Source of the DNA: Flavobacteriales bacterium
GTDB taxonomy: Bacteria > Bacteroidota > Bacteroidia > Palsa-965
Assembly: GCA_040377305.1 (NCBI GenBank)
Contig: JBEIPA010000005.1
Location: 170,685-234,684, forward strand
Direction: 5' to 3'
DNA length: 64,000 nt
Shown here: positions 59,048 to 64,000 of the stretch, one piece after another
How positions within the stretch are numbered: the stretch's first letter is position 1
How the letters are laid out: each line of letters opens with the position of its first letter
Position numbers and translations under genes: made by a program
The notes under the pieces: model-generated
Databases searched by the model: none
The model's input: only the letters and a program-made list of their open reading frames with translations
What the model was told of the DNA's origin: nothing

Positions 59048-59874
59048 TTCTTAGGCGTTTGTGCTTTGATGTTCGACATATACGTCTGCAACTCACGTTC
59101 TGCTTCGCGGTACTTCACCTCATTGAGTTTGAACTCTCCGTACCAAACGTAATCGTACAGCAAGCTTACACTACCGAATTGCTTCTGCAGTTTATTTCCA
59201 CTGAGTTCGTAGTAATAATCCGAATTCGTTTTATCAATCTTCCAGCGAATGAGATCGAGGTCAGACATTTCCTTCAACGAGCGAAGGAACCACAGCCGGA
59301 CTGCAAAACGATAATCCTCTCGCGAAACCGCACGCGTAATTTCATCGTCGTAAGTAATCGCGTGAATGTCTACATCCTCGAGTGTAGCATCAATGGTTTC
59401 CTCTTTCTTTTTCGTTTTGCGTTTGAACAAGCTGCCGCCGCCCGCATTCGTTGCTTTGATAATGAAGAAGACAATCAGTCCGCCGCCGATTACAATGAAA
59501 AAGATCGACCACCAGTTTACCGTAGAAGAACTTGGCTTGTTTGGCATGGTTGGATCCCAATCAGGAGCGTCGACGTCTTCGAATAAACTTCGCATCAAAT
59601 CAGAAAGCAGGCGATCGAAGAATCCATCTTCACTACTCGATTTGTTTTCTTCTTCAACGAAATTGTATTCTTCGTTGCTGTATACTTCTTCCTGCAAATT
59701 CATCGTAGGCTCGCGAAGGGAAACAGGCATCGTGTCGTGCTTAACCTTCGTTGAATCTTTTGCAGCACAAAACGATACCGCCGGAATGAAAACCATCCAG
59801 CAGAACACAATGAATTTCCGAATCACTGGCCTCTCTAACTCTCCAAAGGAGAGAACCGTGATTCGGAAATTCAT
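59044..59874 (-). CDS. DUF4129 domain protein; start ATG 59874 or GTG 59826
   Basis: YR.AVR..FL, I.W...KTN.DY..E and YDYVWYGEF motifs. Confidence 0.82.
   Translation of the reverse strand: MNFRITVLSFGELERPVIRKFIVFCWMVFIPAVSFCAAKDSTKVKHDTMPVSLREPTMNLQEEVYSNEEYNFVEEENKSSSEDGFFDRLLSDLMRSLFEDVDAPDWDPTMPNKPSSSTVNWWSIFFIVIGGGLIVFFIIKATNAGGGSLFKRKTKKKEETIDATLEDVDIHAITYDDEITRAVSREDYRFAVRLWFLRSLKEMSDLDLIRWKIDKTNSDYYYELSGNKLQKQFGSVSLLYDYVWYGEFKLNEVKYREAERELQTYMSNIKAQTPKK
59810..59874. repeat. 29-bp REP-like repeat enclosed by a perfect 17-bp inverted repeat
   Basis: ATGAATTTCCGAATCAC (59810-59826) / GTGATTCGGAAATTCAT (59858-59874) around 59829-59857. Confidence 0.85.
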
Positions 59875-59884
59875 GAGCGCTATG

Positions 59885-60856
59885 TCAATACGTAAGTTCA
59901 ATGTGATCGTCGTCTTTGTTTTTGCCGATTTGATCCAGCATGGTCATAGTTCCTAGTCCGTCTTTTTTCTCCTTGCAACTATAGAAGTGTAAAGCAATTG
60001 CAGCACAAAACACAGAGTAAATTAATGTGCGCGCAAATTCTGCCAGCGAAGTCAGAATGCTTTCAATCAGTTTCCAGTCTATGTTCTCATTCTTGTAGAG
60101 ATCGTAATCGTACAGGCTGACAATTCCGCCGAACATTTCTGCCGGTAAGGAAACGAGATAGCCAAGCCCCATGAGCATTGCCCACATACATCCGAAAATG
60201 ACCCAGGTGTTCCACCAATTACCCTTGAACATTTTCGCAGCAATAGCCATTCCCGTAAATGGATTCACTTTGGTCGGACCAGACAATCGCGCATGAAAAA
60301 TCGAGTACACAAAATACCAGAATGGGAACCGCACAAGAATATATCCGACGTAGCCCAGGAAGATCAACAACACACCGCCCGCAGGAGAAAGCTGGGCAAT
60401 ACCGAAAATCAATCCGGCTACAACAATGCTGATGATGGTTACGCCGATCAATACAACAATTGCGGTAATGATTGATCCGCCGAAATCTTTACCGATGGAC
60501 TTTGTTACATCATGCACATCAAATTTACCAGGACCATTTTCCCGATACACTTTGATGAAATGACTCACTACAATCGAAGTAACCAATCCGTTGATAACCC
60601 AGCGCAATTGTGCGTAAATCGTAGATGCTGCAACATAGGATCCGACGTGCGACCAGTCTGCGCCATCGTCACCGATGATATTCACTTTGTAAAACTGGTG
60701 CATCGTACACGTGAACAAAGCGATAGGTCCTACGAGGAACAGAATGCATTTGAAGAACACCACGAAGTTTTCCCTGATCAACACGCGTGTATCAGTGAAC
60801 ACCTTCCCAAAGGTTCTTATCTGCTCAAACTTTAAAGGAAGATCCTTTTGATTCAT
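59885..60856 (-). CDS. Multi-TM hypothetical membrane protein of the MoxR/SpoIIM cluster
   Basis: About six TM segments; R.FG....DT, GNWW.T and Y....E.K.G motifs. Confidence 0.75.
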   Translation of the reverse strand: MNQKDLPLKFEQIRTFGKVFTDTRVLIRENFVVFFKCILFLVGPIALFTCTMHQFYKVNIIGDDGADWSHVGSYVAASTIYAQLRWVINGLVTSIVVSHFIKVYRENGPGKFDVHDVTKSIGKDFGGSIITAIVVLIGVTIISIVVAGLIFGIAQLSPAGGVLLIFLGYVGYILVRFPFWYFVYSIFHARLSGPTKVNPFTGMAIAAKMFKGNWWNTWVIFGCMWAMLMGLGYLVSLPAEMFGGIVSLYDYDLYKNENIDWKLIESILTSLAEFARTLIYSVFCAAIALHFYSCKEKKDGLGTMTMLDQIGKNKDDDHIELTY

Positions 60857-62213
60857 AATGGGTGTCGCTCACTTTCGAGCTGCGTTCTATTTGAAGATCA
60901 TCTTCTTCGTAGCGGTTTGCCATGTAAGCTGCCCACACAATCATTGCGAGTCCGCCCACGTAACAGAAACAGAAGAATAAAAACGAAATCTTATCCGGAA
61001 ACTTTCCTTCGATCCATGCACCGATGAATGAAATGGTTGGAAGGAAGATCAACATCATGCCGAACAGTATGCGCGAAAGTGTAATTGGATTCAGTTCTTT
61101 TACACGGGTGAGATATTCCAGCGCCGACATCTGTTTTGTTTTGTCAGTCACACGAATGATCGCTAATGCAACCGGAGTGATTGGAGAAGTTAAAATAATC
61201 GCCAACCACATCAAAATCTTTGTGAGGCGTCCATGCAGGATCATGTAATTGGCTTTCGCTTTGTCGCGCACGGTAAGCACCCACGGGAAAATGATGAAAT
61301 ACCAAACCACGAAAACCAGCGAACCGTAAATAATAAAGCGACGCATTATATCGCTCATGCCTGTGTAGCGAGTAACGAAGCCTTCGAAGAAAGATGCAAG
61401 AAAGAAAAATGGAATCAATCCGAGCGCTACTTTCATCGCATCGCGTGCTCCGCTCTTAAATGCTTCTCCACGCGGCCATGCTCCGGGAAACCACAATGAA
61501 TTTCCGAGTGCAATTCCTCCTGCTCCGGCAACGATGATACACCAGATTTCAATCACACCGTGAATCCAAACCGTATGAAACGCTTCGTAACCGAATCCAT
61601 TCGCGGTGAGAAAATAGAAAAACGCACCCAGCATTACGCCATTGCGGAACATCATCATTCCTACTCCGATCCAATGCAGTAATCCCGCCATAATACAGAG
61701 AATGGCGACGACACTGTTGTTGATCGCGATCCGAAAGAACATCAGAAACTGATTCTCGTCTTTATAAACTGCTAACGGATCCCCGTTTTTCATATTCTCC
61801 AAAGTCATGTCGACATAGCCGTCGCCAAGAATGAGTCGTATGAAACTTTCGTCATTTTGAGCGGAGATAACACCCACCCAACATGACAGCGCGAAAATGA
61901 TAAATGCGATATAAAGATTGAGATGTTGTTTGCGGAACATGATCGGAAACTCCCGCGTCCAGAAAGTAAGGATGCGTGAACGTTTCTCTTTTTTGTTTTT
62001 GTAAATCTCCTGGTGAATTCGTGCTGCGAGATCGTTCAGATATTTTTCTGTGTTCGATCCCGGATAAAAAGTGCGCGCCCATGAAAGATCATCCGTGATA
62101 CGCACAAACAATTCTGCGAGTGCATCCGGATCACCGTAATCGCCTGCGTTGAGCAGGTTCTCGAACTCCATCCATCGCTGATAGTTGTTGCGGAGAAAGG
62201 TGATTTCTTTCAT
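60825..62213 (-). CDS. Stage II sporulation protein M (DUF95) family membrane protein
   Basis: MKE..F...N..RW, DDLS.A.TFYP, NGVMLG, WIHG..EI and EGFVTR motifs. Confidence 0.9.
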   Translation of the reverse strand: MKEITFLRNNYQRWMEFENLLNAGDYGDPDALAELFVRITDDLSWARTFYPGSNTEKYLNDLAARIHQEIYKNKKEKRSRILTFWTREFPIMFRKQHLNLYIAFIIFALSCWVGVISAQNDESFIRLILGDGYVDMTLENMKNGDPLAVYKDENQFLMFFRIAINNSVVAILCIMAGLLHWIGVGMMMFRNGVMLGAFFYFLTANGFGYEAFHTVWIHGVIEIWCIIVAGAGGIALGNSLWFPGAWPRGEAFKSGARDAMKVALGLIPFFFLASFFEGFVTRYTGMSDIMRRFIIYGSLVFVVWYFIIFPWVLTVRDKAKANYMILHGRLTKILMWLAIILTSPITPVALAIIRVTDKTKQMSALEYLTRVKELNPITLSRILFGMMLIFLPTISFIGAWIEGKFPDKISFLFFCFCYVGGLAMIVWAAYMANRYEEDDLQIERSSKVSDTHYESKGSSFKV

Positions 62214-62234
62214 TGCTACCGAAGATAGTAAGTT

Positions 62235-62365
62235 GTTTCCGGTTCCCGATTCCCAGTTCCCGGTTTCCGGTTAAAAGTTCGAGGTTAGAACTCACGCCAA
62301 AAGGCAACAAGGTGGGGCAGGACAAATATTTATAACTGGGAACAGGGAACTGGAAACAGGGAACC
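62235..62365. repeat. Heptamer repeats in inverted arrangement
   Basis: (GTTCCC[G/A])n at 62235-62272 vs (GGGAAC[A/T])n at 62334-62365. Confidence 0.7.
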
Positions 62366-62379
62366 CTATATTTGATCTA

Positions 62380-62964
62380 ATGAAGTTCACCAAGTCATCA
62401 GCGAAAGAGAGAACAACAGCCAAATGGGCCGGTGGAACTACCACGCAGCTGGCGATATTTCCGGCGGGAACAGAATACACAAAATTTAACTTTTTGTTCC
62501 GGCTGAGTACTGCTACCGTAGAGGTTCCGGAGTCGACATTTACGTTTATGCCGGGTGTGAAGCGTCACCTCATGATTCTGGATGGCGCACTCGATATCGA
62601 CCACAAAGGGCGGTACAAAAAACACCTGCCGAAGTTCGGTTATGACGTATTCGACGGCGAATGGCCAACAACGGCAAAAGGTGAAGTCACGGATTTCAAT
62701 CTCATGGTCCGCGAGAAGTCTGAAGGTAAACTGCAGGCAATTGCTTTGCGCGACCGGGAAGAAGAAACAATTGAGTTCCGATCGAAAATTAAATACAGCG
62801 GAGTATATTTACTTTCGGGTGCTATTCGCGTAATTGCCGGGAATAATTCCACCGAAATGAAGACTGGAGATTTTCTTTTCTGCGATCACGAGAATGAAGA
62901 ACAAATAATGCACATGCAGGCGACAGCCCACTCAGAAGTGATACTAGCAACCATCGAGCTTTGA
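62380..62964 (+). CDS. HutD/Ves family cupin protein
   Basis: W.GGTT.QL.I.P, F.FRLSTATV, S.FT..PG..R and DFNLM motifs. Confidence 0.88.
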   Translation: MKFTKSSAKERTTAKWAGGTTTQLAIFPAGTEYTKFNFLFRLSTATVEVPESTFTFMPGVKRHLMILDGALDIDHKGRYKKHLPKFGYDVFDGEWPTTAKGEVTDFNLMVREKSEGKLQAIALRDREEETIEFRSKIKYSGVYLLSGAIRVIAGNNSTEMKTGDFLFCDHENEEQIMHMQATAHSEVILATIEL

Positions 62965-62976
62965 CCGCACAACCAA

Positions 62977-63066
62977 TTCGAAGATTTGAAGATTCGAAGA
63001 TTTGACAAACACTGATTTTGACTTGACAGCTTAACTATATTCGAATCTTCAAATTTTCAAATCTTC
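62977..63066. repeat. Octamer repeats in inverted arrangement
   Basis: (ATT[C/T]GAAG)n at 62977-63005 vs (TTC[A/G]AAT[C/T])n at 63040-63066. Confidence 0.7.
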
Positions 63067-63081
63067 TAATATTTCAGTTCG

Positions 63082-63834
63082 ATGTCAGATACTGCACGGA
63101 TCAATACCACCCAAAACGTCATCATCCAATACGAGGTTGCCTCTGTTGGAGAACGCATCCTTGCGCGTTTGCTCGACGGTGTATTGTTTGCCGGTTACTT
63201 CGTGTTGTTCTCGTTTATCATCAGCAAAATTCTCGGTAGCATGAGCTGGAAGGCCCAGGCTGAAATGGGCATGCTTCTCTATATTCTGATTCTTATCCCG
63301 ATCGCTACCTATACACTCTGGTGCGAGTCGTTCTTCAACGGAAAAACTTTTGGGAAGATGATACTCGGACTTAAAGTTGTGAAGACCGATGGTTCACCCG
63401 CAGGAGTAGGTGACTTTGCATTTCGTTGGATTCTCCGCGTACTCGAAGGAGAAGTTGCGGTGTTTACAGCACTAGCCTTGCCGGTTGCGATCATCAGCAA
63501 TCGTGGTCAGCGCATTGGCGATATGGTTGCCGGTACGCTTGTGATTCGTGTGAAAGTGAGAAACTCTATTCGTAATACCATTCTGGCACAGATCAATCCA
63601 TCGTACCGGGTGGTGTTTCCGCAAGTGGCCGTGCTCACGGACAAAGACATGAATATCATCCGCAGCATCATGCAACAAGCGTACAGCACTGCGAACTGGA
63701 ATCTCATGGAAACGCTCGCGCAGAAAGTAAAAACCGTGATGCGTGTAAATCCTGATCCGAGACAGTTGCCCGCACCGCAATTTCTGAATATCGTGCTGGC
63801 GGATTATGCGCACTATGCTTTCGAAGGCCGCTAA
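63082..63834 (+). CDS. RDD family protein
   Basis: I.T.QNV.I.Y..AS.GERI.A..LD, G.T.GK and QR.GD..AGT motifs. Confidence 0.92.
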   Translation: MSDTARINTTQNVIIQYEVASVGERILARLLDGVLFAGYFVLFSFIISKILGSMSWKAQAEMGMLLYILILIPIATYTLWCESFFNGKTFGKMILGLKVVKTDGSPAGVGDFAFRWILRVLEGEVAVFTALALPVAIISNRGQRIGDMVAGTLVIRVKVRNSIRNTILAQINPSYRVVFPQVAVLTDKDMNIIRSIMQQAYSTANWNLMETLAQKVKTVMRVNPDPRQLPAPQFLNIVLADYAHYAFEGR

Positions 63835-63864
63835 AGGAACGCGGATTTTTATGCCCGTTGTTTT

Positions 63865-63999
63865 CTAGTTCCTCGCTCGGATCACTCTACTAAACATCAA
63901 AAGTAAGTATTGGATTTTATGAGATAAACTCTAACCTATCTCATAAAATCTAACTTTCTACACGTTCTATTCACCGCACTGATCCGAGGGAAAGACTAG
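63865..63999. repeat. Nested fold-back at window end
   Basis: Perfect 14-bp IR 63913-63926 / 63937-63950; outer CTCGGATCA / TGATCCGAG and CTAGT / ACTAG pairs. Confidence 0.6.
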
Positions 64000-64000
64000 C

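Overview
Chromosomal window from a Bacteroidota bacterium, judged from five type IX secretion (T9SS) C-terminal sorting domains, TAnnTTTG -7 promoters, no obvious Shine-Dalgarno sites and a long SecA. Housekeeping blocks are queE-OmpA lipoprotein, methyltransferase-ABC ATPase-PduO-DUF2795-secA, prfC, and the RDD-SpoIIM-DUF4129-DUF4350-MoxR-DUF58 cluster. Between them lies about 38 kb of mostly co-oriented accessory genes: Arr rifampin ADP-ribosyltransferase, VIT1, PhnA, AraC/TrxR-like, DUF1801, YdeI, MORN, GNAT, secreted T9SS cargo and a tandem pair of unknown paralogs. I saw no rRNA, tRNA, CRISPR array, integrase, transposase or reverse transcriptase. The most interesting signals are non-coding. 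(1) Several families of palindromic or fold-back repeats sit at gene junctions; one brackets a DUF559 nuclease, one brackets an orphan ORF, and one copy lies inside a perfect 17-bp inverted duplication at a gene start. (2) A candidate ~160-nt rod-shaped RNA at 34349-34510. (3) A leader uORF ending in two in-frame UAG-CGU units upstream of release factor 3. All family assignments are from motif recognition by eye; no database searches or folding programs were run.
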